64,000 nucleotides of DNA from Vicugna vicugna (Eukaryota). The stretch spans positions 14,269,980-14,333,979 of the forward strand of contig MU059330.1 in NCBI GenBank assembly GCA_013265495.1, in the 5' to 3' direction. Shown one piece after another: positions 1 to 12,200 of this stretch (its first letter is position 1; each line of letters begins with the position of its first letter). The notes under the pieces were generated by a model. That model did no database searches and had not been told where the DNA came from. It saw only the letters and a list, made by a program, of their open reading frames with translations. Both the position numbers and the translations under genes were made by a program.

Positions 1-187
1 ACGAATCACCTTCCTGGGCGCCCGAGCGTGACCTGCTTATCTCCCGGCTGCGGCGGCCGTTTAATTTAAATGGTTGTGAAGTATTTTTGTCTCGGCAGTG
101 CTGGAACCTAGAGGGTCCAGGGCGCAGCCAGCGGAAATCAGCCCCCTTCCTCTGTCCACCGAGGTGTCTCCCGTATCCTCCCAGAGT

Positions 188-213
188 TGTGTGTGTGTGT
201 GTGTGTGTGTGTG
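188..213 (+). repeat. (TG)13 microsatellite
   Basis: Pure TG dinucleotide run read directly. Confidence 0.95.
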
Positions 214-319
214 ATTCTTACAAAAATAGTAACACAGTATATACACTTCTGTTTCTCACTTAGACAAGCACCCTGGAAAGTGTTCCACACCACTTGACAG
301 AAGGGAAGTCACGTAGTAA

Positions 320-720
320 AGAAAATGTGTTCACAACGGTCATGAGAAGGAAGCAACCCAGGCGTCCATCTGTGGGTGATGGACAAACACAACGTGGCCC
401 GTCCACATGCAGAATGTTATTCAGCCTTAAAAAGGAAGGGACCTCTGACACAGGCTGCAGCAGGGGTGTACCCCGAGGACGCTGTGCTAAGCTGGTCACA
501 GGAGGACAAACACTGCAGGACTGCCCTTACCCGAGGGTCTGGAGGAGTCAGATTCATAGAGACCCAGAGCAGACGGTGGTCCCGGGCTGGGGAGAGGACG
601 AGGAGTCACAGTGCAGTGGGGCGAGCCTCAGCTGTGCGCGACGAGACACTTCTGGAGACCAAGGCAGCGATGCTTGTGCGCCGTGTGGGGAGAGGTGGAC
701 TGAGGCACATGAAACATTTT
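320..720 (+). mobile_element. Old LINE-1 (L1MB-like) 3' end fragment
   Basis: GGAAGCAACCCAGGCGTCCATC, TTATTCAGCCTTAAAAAGGAAG and TTCATAGAGAC occur in the order of the recalled L1M 3' consensus; subfamily not verified. Confidence 0.75.
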
Positions 721-861
721 CGTGGTGGAACATGGATTCAAATCTGGCAGAAGTGGTTGGGGGGCCCCCCAACAGGGGCGAGGGGGGAGGCTTCTGTGGA
801 GAAGGTGGGATGACCTGATGGCGGGAGCTCAGATGTGGCCCTCTCGGGGAGAGGGCTTTCT

Positions 862-932
862 GTGACAGCGGCCCTGTGCTGGTGACTGTGACAGTGGCCC
901 TTGGTGATGGTGGCCCCCGTGATGGTGGCCCT
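862..932 (+). repeat. Four degenerate copies of a 14-nt motif GTGAYRGYGGCCCY
   Basis: Copies start at 862, 888, 904 and 919. Confidence 0.7.
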
Positions 933-949
933 CTCGCTCCCTGCACGCA

Positions 950-1030
950 TGACATAAAATTGGCCATGTTAACTGTATATGAGTGTGCAGTACAGTGGCG
1001 TCAAGTCCATTCACTCCTGTGAATGTACAA
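950..1030 (-). mobile_element. Antisense L1M 3' end fragment
   Basis: ACATAAAATTGGCCATGTTAAC...AGTACAGTGGCGTCAAGTCCATTCAC resembles the reverse complement of the L1MB 3' terminus as recalled. Confidence 0.55.
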
Positions 1031-3349
1031 GGAGGCCACAGGGCGGGGTCACTCTGTGCTGGCCCTGCCCGTGCCCTGAGTCATCTCGGGCCGGGCTGGG
1101 GGTGGGGGGGTGGGGGGAGCCCAGGGGCCTAGGCGCTGGGTCAGAGATAGCAGAGGGATGGCAGGGTAGGGGAGATACTCGGCCCGGAGCCCCGTGGCCT
1201 GAGAGTCATTGCTGTTCCTGGGGCCTGACGGCTGAGCCGGGACTGGCTGCCTGGGCCCCCAGGGACCTCGAACACGGGTGAGACACAGTAGTGTGTGTGG
1301 GCAGCGGTGGACGGAGGGGTAGCTTCAGACATTTCTACACGGCCAGCGGAAGTGTATGCCTCTCCAGCGCTTCTGTGGGGCTGACGGCCCTCGGGGAGTC
1401 TGGGGACCGCCGTGTGGGTGCCGGGTGTCTGGGCTCCAGCCGTGGCCCGTGGACAGGGTTGGGAGAAGGTGGTGGCAGCTGTGGGTCTGGTGTCTGCATC
1501 CCCAGTGCCCAGGGGCTTGATACATGTTGACGTGTCGGTGGCACCTCTCTCATGTTCTGCCAAACAGAGGGTGAATTCTTCCAGCTCGCCAAAACCTCTT
1601 TACCTCCTCCGTGTACAGTCTCAGGTCAGGAGCAACACTTGTACTTTCACAGATCAGACTCTGGTTTCACAAGAAAGAGGCAGGGTCCTCCTTTCTGGGC
1701 CAGTTATAAAATGCTGCTCCACCCTCTTCGGGAACAGTCTACCCGTGGGGGACGGTCTGGCGTGCTCGTCCCCAACAACGGCAGGCCGCTTTCCTTTTTG
1801 AAGATTTAAACAATCGTGTCTGTGATCGCCGAGGCTGCGAGCCTCGCGGGAGTTGGGCCTGCCTCTCTCCCCGCCCCTCCAGCGCTGATCTGGACCGGCT
1901 CTGCCTTCCCGGAAACCAGGCTGAGGCCCGCCAGTCACCTCGCCACCCCTGGAAGAACCCCCAAGATGGTCAGCGTCTTTGGGGTTTCAGCCCAGTTTGT
2001 TCTGAATGTGGTCGCCCAGGGCCCTCCACTTTCAAGACCATGGCTGAGGACTCACCCCAGCCCCCTCGGGCCGTGCTGGCCAGGGCTCCACCTCCTGCAG
2101 ACGCATCCTCACTTTCCCAGTGGGGTGCACCCTGTCTCCAGCGGGAGACTTCCCGAGACTGCCCGTGCCCAGAGCGAGGTCCTTGGCCCTGGCGTCAGGG
2201 TTTGTCCACTTGTCCGGCTCCCCGTTGCCTTCCTGAACACCCGTGCTGTTACTGCGGAGGACCCCGCTGGCTCTGGCGGTGGCTCCCCGCTTCACTTAGC
2301 AGGCTGCGTTCTTTTGCTGTAGTTTTTGGAAAGCCTTTGTAAAGTCCTCAGGTTACAGGGAAAAGTTCTCCGGGCGGGGCCTTAGCACACTCTCATCCGG
2401 GCTCTGGGTCCTCCTAGAGGAGGACAGGCAGGAACCCCCTTCCAAGGCTGCAGGCCCAGCTCTCCCCACCCCTGGCCAAGGCTGGGTTCCACTCAACCCC
2501 CACCGCCCACTAGACACCCCCACCTCCCACCCTCCCATCCCTCAGCCGAGGCTGCCTGTGCTGCAGAGGGGAGGTCGACAGTTCCGGGGACCCCGAGTCA
2601 GTCCCAGGTTCACCCTCCGTCCGACTCTGGAGCTGGCTTCTCAGTGCCGGTTCAGGTGGATCTAAACCCATTTGGACACTGGTGTGGACTTTCCTCTGAG
2701 CTGACAGCAAGCATTTATCCAAGACTCATTTGAAAAGAGATGACTTGTGGAGCCAGAAGGGGAGCTGGAGGACAAGACGGCATTTGGGCATCTCAGACTT
2801 TAGAGATACTGGAGCCTCCGCTTCGCTCCAGCTGGCAGCGTCCTGGGAGAGAGGCGGGAGTGAGGGCACGGCTCCCACGGCACAGAGCCCGAGCCGGCCG
2901 TGAAAGGGCTGTGACTCCTCTCCGGCGCTCGAGTCCCGGGCTTTCTAGCTTGCTCCTTCTTTTGATGTGATCTCCTTCACTCTGTAGGAAATGAAACCCA
3001 GCGAGGTCTCAAGGGCTCGGGGTCTGCAGCGGGGGTGGGGGTGGGGGTCCCACCTGGGCGTCTTCAGATCCAACCTGACAATACTTCTTGGGGGTCTGCC
3101 CCCTGCTCCTCTGTGTGCACCCCGGTCCTGGGGGTGGTGGAGCAGGGGGGCGAGCCCGAGGCATCCCGGAACTGGGAGTGGGCCACTCGGCCACAAGCAC
3201 CAGACATCCTGAGCCGGGGACAGGCAGAGTGGGGCCAGCTGAGAGCAGGACGTCAGCACCACTCCCTGGGGGCACTGAAGGTTGTGGAGACAACGTGTTT
3301 CAAGGTATGGTCGTGTGTCACTCTGCAACGAGGAGCTTCTACCTAGAGT

Positions 3350-3440
3350 TAGAACATGGTTTTATTTTGAAAAATTCTGAAGCTCCAGAAAAGTGCAGCA
3401 ATAGTGTGAGGACTCCCATGTGCCCCATAATGTCCTTCAC
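3350..3440 (-). mobile_element. Possible antisense L1M (L1MC/ME-like) fragment
   Basis: TTTTATTTTGAAAAATTCTGAAGCTCCAGAAAAGTGCAGCAATAGTG resembles recalled old L1 3' ends in reverse; short and diverged. Confidence 0.4.
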
Positions 3441-5479
3441 AGTTGCCCCTCCGTTTCCCCTTCACCTCCTCACCCCTCTCGCCCGCCCACTGAGGGCTGG
3501 GTCCTGTTTGCACTCTCAGGTGACAATGACGTGATTCAGCAGCCGGGCCATTGTTCTGCGGAACCCTGGAACCAGCGAGGCGCTGGGGTATGTGTTCCCA
3601 GGGTGGACTGCGGGCTTCTGAGTGGGCAGGGCTGGGGCACCACAGCAGGAGTCCTGGGGGTGGAGGGACCCAGATATAGGGTCACAGTGAGAGTCTGAGG
3701 GAGTCTGGGGGTGAAGGGCCTGGACTTGGGGTCACAGAGGGGGTCACAGTGGGGAGCTGGATGTGGGGTCACTGGCAAGGCTTCTGCAGACTGAGCCCTG
3801 ATTGCCACCCGAAGGAGGGCGAGGTTGTACTGACAGAGCCCCAAGGGCAGGAGGGCAGCCACCTCCCAGGGTGGGTCTCGGCTCCGTCCAGCTGTGTTGA
3901 TGACCACAGGAGCCAGCACAGGTCCAGCCCTTATCTTACAGATGAGGAAACTGTGGCCAGAGGTGAAGGATCGTTTGCAGGGGGCTGGGAGGGTGTCTCC
4001 CGTCTCTTTCAGAGGCTGCGGTTGGTCCTCCAACTTTGCCACCCCAGAGTCAGCTGTGGCTTCATCTTTCTGGGCTGTGGACTTGCTGTCCTGGAGGACA
4101 CGTGGGGCCGGGGTCTCAGGTGTGGAGGTTCCCAGGTCCAGGGAAGAGGCCGCAGCCCCTTCTGAGCCACTGCATGTGGGGCAGACATGGGGTCCTTGCA
4201 GGGCCTGGGGAGAGGGTGTGCCCAGCACCCAGTGGCAGGGATGCAGGGGACCCTCTGAGGTGCCTGTGCTCCCACCACCCTCTTCAGCACCACATCCTTG
4301 GTTTTGCAGACTGATGCTCACACCTTTCCAAGAGGGCAGGCCGCCTCCCTGGGAAGGACACCTGGGGACCCCCCTGTCTTTTGGGGTGGTCTTTTTCCCA
4401 CCTTCCATGCTGCTGACGTGGAGAAGGGGCTAACAGCCACCTAGTGCCACCCGCAGCCCTGACCTCTGCCATGTGACACTCCAGCCCCTTCCTTCTGTGT
4501 AGGTGGGTGTGAGCGTGGCCCGACTCAGAAGGCTGGTGCTGGGTGGGGGCGGGGTCACAGGGAAACATCTCTGGAGGGCCCAGGTGCCCAGCTTCTGCCG
4601 AACTGAGACGCCCTACCTGCTTCTCCGTTGTCTTTTGCTGCTTGTGGCTTTCCTTGTTTTGATTTTCTGTGGTCTGGCTGTTGAGGGGAGCACAGTGCCT
4701 GGAAATGCAGAGCCCCTGGGGCCCCCACCCCGAGATACACAGCGCTTCCCTGCCTCAGGCCCAGAGAAACCCACGCAGGTTCACACTCGATCCCATCCGC
4801 GCGTCTGCTTGTTGCTACAGTATGTTGTGACCATCTTTGCCCACACCGCCTGCATTTCTGCTCTATTTTTGTAAAACTATTTTGGGGTGATCATTGCATC
4901 CAAATGTCACAACTTTTTGGACCAACTTCTCTTTCATGGACATTGGTTGTAGCCGGCTTTCCTGTGTCTTTAACAAATTTCCAGGTGCTTGGAGGATACG
5001 AGGCCCCTGGCATCCTGGTGAGTGCCTGGCTGGGGTCCCGAGCCCCACCTTGCGGCCTTTCCTGCTCTGTACTGCAAGCTGCCCTTGGGGCCTGCCCAGA
5101 TGTGCCCCAGTGGGGTATGGGCAGGGGAGGGCTCCTCTGAGCTGCGGGGATGGGCCTGGGGTCCCCAGTGGGCAGAAGTCGTGTCCCAGAGCCCTGGTGA
5201 CTCGTGTCTGTGGGGTTATGTCCGTTGTGCGCGGAGCCCCTAGACTGGCCCCCCTGCTGGAAGCGCTTCCCTGGACCCCTGGCTGGTGAGCCTCAGCCCG
5301 GCAAGGGGGAGGGGAGGGGAGACCGGATCACCGCCCCAGGTGGTCAGTCCCACTCTCCGGCTGCAGGTTGGGGACAGAGAGGACTGGGGAGGGACAGTGA
5401 AGGCAGAGGTGGGTGCAGTTGCGGGAGGGGGTGGAAGTGCGGGCTTGGTGGGGGACAGACCAGGCAGAGGCCTGCTTGG

Positions 5480-6200
5480 GGCAGGAGGTGGGGCGGGCAG
5501 TGCAGGAACCGAGTCAGCCGCTGGGGGAGCGGCGGCACCGGGGTCCGGGGGCGCAGGCAGCCTCCGGGAGCAGGCTGGGAGAGGGGGGCTCTCTGCGGAA
5601 GGCGCCCCGCTCCACCTCGCTCCACCTCGCCCCGCCCCGCCCCGCCGGGCGGCACACAAACTTTTCCAGGGCCCGCGGGGACGGCAGGTGCGGTCACGTG
5701 GGGCGGGCGGGCCGGGGGCGGGCCTCACGGACCCCGCCCCTGCGCTCTAGTCCCGGCGCGTCGGCCGGAGCGGGCGGAGCCGGGCCGGGGCGCGCGGAGC
5801 GGAGCGGAGCGGAGCAGGGCGCTCCGAGTGGCCCGAGTGCCGAGCGCGCCATGCCCACCAACTTCACCGTGGTGCCTGTGGAGGCGCGGGAGGACGGCGG
5901 CCAGGATGAGGTGGCCGAGCAGACCGAGGCGCCGGGTCCCCCCGAGGGCGGCGGGCCCGACTTCCCGAGTCCGGGTGAGCGCGGCCGCACCTGCCCGCCT
6001 GCGGGACAAAGGCGGAGGCCGGGCTGCGCAGGGCCGGCTGGGGTGGCCAGGGCCGGCACGGGAGCGGAGGGTGGCCAGGGAGGAGGGGGCGGCCCTGGAA
6101 GGAGGAGGAGGGAGGCCCGGGAGGCGGGAGAGGCCCCCGCGGTGGGGAAGGGAGGGCGTGGGCGACCCGGGAGAGGCCCGGAGCGGGTGGACCGGGACGC
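5480..6200 (+). promoter_or_regulatory. SLC12A7: CpG-island promoter of SLC12A7
   Basis: Dense CpG; tandem CCGCCC GC boxes at ~5628-5646; E-box GTCACGTGG at 5693-5701; (CGGAG)4 at 5795-5814; no TATA box; spans exon 1. TSS not determinable. Confidence 0.85.
5851..5974 (+). CDS. SLC12A7: KCC4 exon 1 (124 nt)
   Basis: GCCATG; MPTNFTVVPVEAREDGG...DFPSP; donor GTGAGC. Confidence 0.95.
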
Positions 6201-9200
6201 CGCCCGAAGAAGGGGTTTGGGGCTGCTCTCCGCCCCCTCCCCGCCTCCCCGGCCCCCTACCGGTTCCTCTTCTCCTCGCTAGTCCCCACTGCTCTGTTTG
6301 CTCCTGTGGTTCCCCTCTCACCGCCCCCTCCCCTCCTGCCTCCAGAGCCCCGTCTCCAAGCTTCGTGGTGGGGGCGCAAGGCGGTAGGGCCCAGGGGCCT
6401 GTGGGTTCTCCTTTGCTGCGCCCCCGTTGCCCACCCCTTCGGGACACAGGAAGCACTTTTCCCTCACTCAGGATGGGGCACTTGGGGAGGTGTGGGACGC
6501 CCTGGGTAGCTATGGAGACGGAGGAGGGGCCTCTCTCTCCGCCCGAGTTCCCAGGCCCCCCAGGCTCGTCAGCCAGTAGGGCCTCGGGATCTCGTGGTGA
6601 GGCTTCCCGGGGCTGGAGCGCCTGCCTGCTTCCGTCCCGGCCGCCTCCACCCTCGGCTCTGCTCTTGCGCGCTGGGGCAAAGGGCCACCAGTCAGATAAG
6701 CCCGGCTGACCGTGGTTAGGCCCAGGCTCTGCGGTGCCATCGGCAGAAGGACAGCACAGCCCTGGCGGGTCGGGAAGGGGGCCCCGCCAACCCCCACGGA
6801 GCTAGTTCCGGCGGAGTGTCCTCGCCTTCTTTGCTTCTGGGATCAGGAGGTCCCTGGCACTTTCACTTTCTCGGGCGGGGTGGGGGGTCCCCATCCTGTT
6901 ACTTCATCATCCAGGCTCCTAGCCCCACTTCTCTGCAGCTGAGGGAAGGGTCACCCTGAGTGAGCTGCTTCATCTCTGGGTTAGCACCCCTCTAGAATTT
7001 GGGGGTCACTAGCTAGTGTTTGGGAGGGGCTGCCCTGCTCCAAGGAAACAGGCTGAGATCAGTGGAGGCAGCAGGTCCTGGGCCCAGGCCTCGATCCTCT
7101 GGAGCCCCCTGTCCTGGCAGGAAAGCCGGGCACCCCCTGGGGCACTGTTAGGAGCCCCTGTGAAGGTGCTGTCCTGGTGGGCGGGGGTGAGTTGGTGGGG
7201 TCCTGCCCCCTTCCTAAGGCGCCCATCCCGTTTTCCCCTGCATGTGGGTATGAGACTGTTCATGATTGCCGCCTGGCTGGGAGGCACAAAACCAGAGTCC
7301 ACGGCCCAGCCTTTCTCTCACCATTGCTCCAACCCACCGGGCCGCACCTGATACCAGGAGTTGTTGTGTCCTCGGGGGACTCTGGGCACCTTCCTGGATG
7401 CCCGGCTCCCAGTCTGCTGGCCCTTCTCGGGTGGGCCATGCTCGCTCTCTGCAGGCTTGGAGTGTGGCTGGTTTTGGCCCCATTATCTTTTCTGTCGAGT
7501 GGCGCCCCCGGGCCTGCGAACATCGCCCTGCTGGCCTCAAGCCCCCAGCCCCTCTCACTCCGAGGCTCCTGCTTTCTCAGCCCTAATCCCACTTCAGCTC
7601 CACCAGCTCATCTGGAATCCTGTTCGCCTGCGTGACCTCAGGCAGGAGCACTGGTAAACGCCAAGGGCGGGCTCCCTGCACGCCTTTCAAGAAACCCTTT
7701 AGGGTCTGAGCTGAGCTTGTGACACGTGGCTGAGCTGGCACAGAACTCAAACCCAGGATTTGCGTGCTCTGTGTTCTGCACTGGGCAGGACGCTTTCCAG
7801 ACTGGGTCCGAGCCCTTGTGGGGCCACAGGCGTACATGCTCTTGTCTTTCAGGGTCTGCTTGGCTGGACTCTGAGTTTTTGCTGTAAGCTGTCAGGCCAC
7901 AGTCGTGGCCCAGAGAGGCCCTCTGTCGGACTCCGTGAGGGGGGCCTGGGGAAGTGGCGTCACCCCCTGCTTGCTGATGGGACAGGAGCTGGACAGCTGG
8001 CTGGAGCCCCGTCTGAGGGCCCACGTGGGGGTCCTTGCCCTGTGGTCCAGCCCGCGTTCACTGAAGTTCCTCCCCAACTCCGTGGCTGGCCTTTGCACAC
8101 ACAGGGAGGCACCTGGCTCCCTGGGCAGGCCTCCTGGTGGTGGTGAAGCAAGTTGGGGAGACCCTCCCTAGGTGTCCCTGGGGCTGCCGTGAAAGTAGGA
8201 GGCGTGGGACCCCCAGGCGAGGGGGGAGCAGCAGCCCCCTCTGCAGGCCCTCCTGGCCTGGCCCAGAGCTTAGTGAGCGCAGGCTTGGGCCTGCCCGGCC
8301 GAGGCCGAGGGCCTAGTTAGTGAGCCCATGACACCTGGAGGTGGAGGGAGCTGTCCGTCCATCCATCCATCCTGGGCTGCTTCTGCTCCTGATGGGAGCC
8401 CTGTTGTCAGCATGTGGGGCCGGACCCATTCCGGCTGTGGGAGCCCTGTGCCTCCATCCGCATGGCTGGCCCACACCAGGCCCATACCAGGCCTTGCCCT
8501 TGAATTGCCCCTGCTGCTTTGACTTGAGTCCTTCCGGCAGCAGGCCTGTGGGCGGTGCGGGGTGGGGGGGGTCCCAGTGTCTTAGAAGTTGCCGCTTGCG
8601 CCCCCGGGAGGGTCTGCCCAACCCCGCCTGCCCTCCTCAGGGCCCAGTGGGGCAGCCCTGGAGGGGTGGTGCTCCCGCCCGGCTGGGGCCTGTTCCTCCA
8701 GGAACTGCCTGCAGCTCTACTTGGGCTTCCTCTTCCTTCCTCATTGTTCCTCTTTTTGGATCTTTCTCTGTGATTTCGTGCTCTGCTGCTTAGGTCCTGC
8801 TGGCCCCCCAGGGGTCTCAGGCCCTCTGTGAAGGGGCCATGTGTCCCCCACCCGCTGACCCAGGCTGCCCTGGGGAATGTCACCTTTGACCCGCGGGGGC
8901 TCAGGAGACACAGGGACCTCCGAGGCTGTCAGCACACTTTCTGCTGGTGTGTGTGGGACCCTTGAGGGGCTGCCGCTGCCAGATGGCTAGACCACAAAGC
9001 TGAGGCTCTGGGCCTGGGGACGTGGAGATCGGGGGCCGTGCGGCCGAAGATTGGGCCCGAGACAAAGCTTCTAGGTTCCGTCTGTCTGGGCGAGGCTTCG
9101 GAGCAATGGCTCCCTCACTGGGTTGCAGGAAGGAAGGGACGCGTCACGCTGGCCTGGGGCAGAGCAGGAAGGGCAGGCGGCGCCGGCTGTCCGGCTGTCT

Positions 9201-12200
9201 CTTCAGGCTGAGGGGTCAGCGTCTGCCCCGTCTCCGTGGGAATCACCGTGGGTGGTCCAGGCTCTGGACGTCATTTGGGAAGATTTCGTGATGCTGGACG
9301 GAGGGCCAGAGGTTACAGAACGTGTGTTTTGTGCCGGATTCTGCTTTTAAAGGCAAAGGACAGCAAAGGGGCTGGAGACTCCCGGAGAGTGGGGCGCTGC
9401 CTCCTGGTGCATAGCCTGGGTCCTGCACCCCCGGTGCTCACAGGGGCTCCCGGGCCAGCTCCAGGCAGCTGGTCCTTTTCTTAGAAATGGAGGGAGAATG
9501 TTCTAGGTTCTCCTGCCGAGCCCTTGCGTGTCACGTGGGCACCTGTGTCTCTGCACGTGTGCATGTGTGGGTGTGTGTGCACAGCGCACTTCTGTGCACA
9601 TTTGTATGAGCTTGTGTGCAGGTGTGTGTGTGCTCGCGGGCTGGTGGGTAGAGCACGCTTGGTGGTCACACCGTTGGCTCACATGCTGGGGTGTCGGGGA
9701 TCCTGTTCTTTCCCTCTCAGCCGCCAGCAGACCCTGCTGGTTGAATGGCAGGAGCCACGTCGCACCTGCAGAGGGTGCCTGTGCCCTCTGGGCCAGGTCG
9801 GCCGTGCTGACACCTGTGTCCTGATCTGAAATCTGTTCCCAGCTTGCGTGCCCTTTTCCTAGTGTGGGAAGCCTCTTAGATCCAGCTCTGTGGTCTCTTC
9901 CTCCGAGAAGTTCCCGGACCTCCTGATCTCGATGCTGTACTGGGTGGGCATCTGTGGACAGCGGGGAGTCTGTGTGTGAGGGGGTGCCTCCGAGGGTCCA
10001 GCTCTGCCCGCAGTGCCCCAAGGGGCTGGGCTAGTCCGGGCCGCTGGGCACTGGTTTCCATCAGCTGCGGTCTGTTCAGTGAACACTGTGAGTGTCCACA
10101 TCGGGTCCACTATGATCCTGGGGTATATCACTGACCAGGAGGTCTCTGCCCTCTTCTTGGGGGTTCCAGCAGCTGCAGGAACCAGCACGTGATTTATGGT
10201 GCGATGGGGAAAGCAGGACAGCACAGCACCTGGGCGGTGGTCAGCATGGTCTTTCAGAAGGGGACACTTGTGCAGGCAGGTTTTGGGCACTGAGGAGAGT
10301 GCCACCAGCAGGTGGGGGTGGCCTTCAGATGTGAACCTCAGCCCCATCCACGCGGAGACCATGGGCTTTGGGGCCATTCTGGTTCTGATGTCCCGGCCAT
10401 GTGACTGTCCAGACAAGTGGGCCTCTCTGAGCTGCAGCCTCCTCATGCAGGTGGGGGCACCCAGTCACTGGGAGTGAAGGAGGCAGGAGGGGCTCCGTCC
10501 AGGCGAACCCACCACCCACCTGTCTCTATTCATAAGGTGGGCTGTGGCCTGGAGCGGGGAGCAGCTGGCCCTGCAGACAGACTGTTTGCTTGTGTGGCCA
10601 CCTCCAGTGATGTGGGCATGTGGCTGTTGGCTGTCCGTGTATTGTGTGCTGGGCCTGGCCCCACGTGTGGGCCAGCGGGATGGTAGCAAGGGCCAGCAGT
10701 CTCCACCCCAAGAAATCAGCCCCCCTCATGCAGCCCCCTGGGGTGCAGCCCCTGCGTTGAGTGAAGTGCTGTGGCCTGTGAGGTGAGCCTGGCCTGAGAC
10801 AGGCACTTTGGGGCAGTGAGTCAGGGTCTGAGGCCACGGGGCACTGAGCTGGCCCAGGAGGACTCCACGAAGGGCAGCCCGGAGGCGATGGGGCGGCCGT
10901 ACTGTCCCGCCTGCGTGTTTGGGGGGCTGTGGGGGGACTGCCTGGTGTGTGGGTCCCGGGCCGTGTGCTCAGCTGGGCTCTCAGCACTGCTGGGGAAGGA
11001 GAGGGCCCTGGGGGCCAGCGGGGCTAGATGTGTGCCGAGTGTTCTAGGGCGTGCTGACCTGCCTCTGCCCGGCAGCCCTGCGGGGCTGGGTGGGCCCTGG
11101 AATTCCCTGCTGTCCCAGCGCTTGGATGGGTCCTGCTCATTGGTGGTGTCCTGTGTGCTGGTGGAGAGTGGGCCCCCTTCTCACCCTGAAAGCTGGGAGG
11201 GGCAGAAGCTACATGGCACCGTCTGTCCTTCCCTCAGTGGCTGAGGCTCAACTGAATCTCAGAGTATTTCTTTCAAGTACTTGATCCCAAATGTCTCCGC
11301 TTGGAGGGGTGGAGCGAGCTTATAGTCTACCGGGTAGGAGGCTGGATGAAGTACTTGTGGGGCCATTGGAAAGAGGGGTGCCTGGGGAGGGTGAGGGGCC
11401 TTGTGTGGGCCAGAGCCGGTCAGGGCTGAGGCATCACAGACCACGCAGGGGACGGCTGGTGTGGCCAGAGGTGTCTGCCAGGTTAGGCCCCATGGGCAAG
11501 GGTGTGGCCTCGCCTCCCTGCTGCTGCAGAACCTGCCGTGGAGGGGACCTCTGCCCAGCAGACCTCAGGAGGTTCCTGCAATGGGGGAGGGATGGCCTTG
11601 GGCTGGGCTTACCTTTGTAGGGCCACTGTCCACTGGGCTGCTGTCCACGAGGCCGCTGCAGACGGCCTGTCCACCCCGCCATGCAGCTGGGGTGCAGCAG
11701 CAGGGCAGCCAGGCTGGGGTGGAACTCAGAAGCGGAGGCCCACGGGAAGATATGTGACGTCCAGCGGTGTGGACAGAACTCCTGTGTGCCACTGGCCGGC
11801 TGCCTGTGCCTCCTGTATCACCCGTGCTGGGATCTAAGTGGATCCGAGTCCTGGCCACAGATGTGAGGCTGGAGGGCAGGACTGATGTTCAGCGTTAAGT
11901 GTTAACCAGCATCCAGGCCGCAGGTGCTCTGGGGCATCACTCCTGCAGGGCCGCTTTGCAGCAGGGGCAGTGCGGCAGGCATCTGCAGGCCGCTCTGAGA
12001 GAGTGAGGCCGGTCCGGAGTCCCGAGAAGGAAGACCCCCTCCACGATGGGGCCCTGCCAGGCTGAGGCCAGGGTGCGGTCTGGGGTCCAGCGGGGCCTGG
12101 GAGTGGATGGCACTCAGGAATAGAAGCCGGGCGTGGGGCTCCCTTCCGGAGGACGCTGGGGCAGCGCCCTCCGTGGAGAGAGCAGAGCACAAAGGGTTAA

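Noticed and set aside
5204-6709. 501-aa + strand ORF and overlapping long ORFs across the CpG island
   Set aside because: Low-complexity G/P/R/A translation from stop-codon depletion in GC-rich DNA; out of frame with KCC4 exon 1; no recognisable domain.
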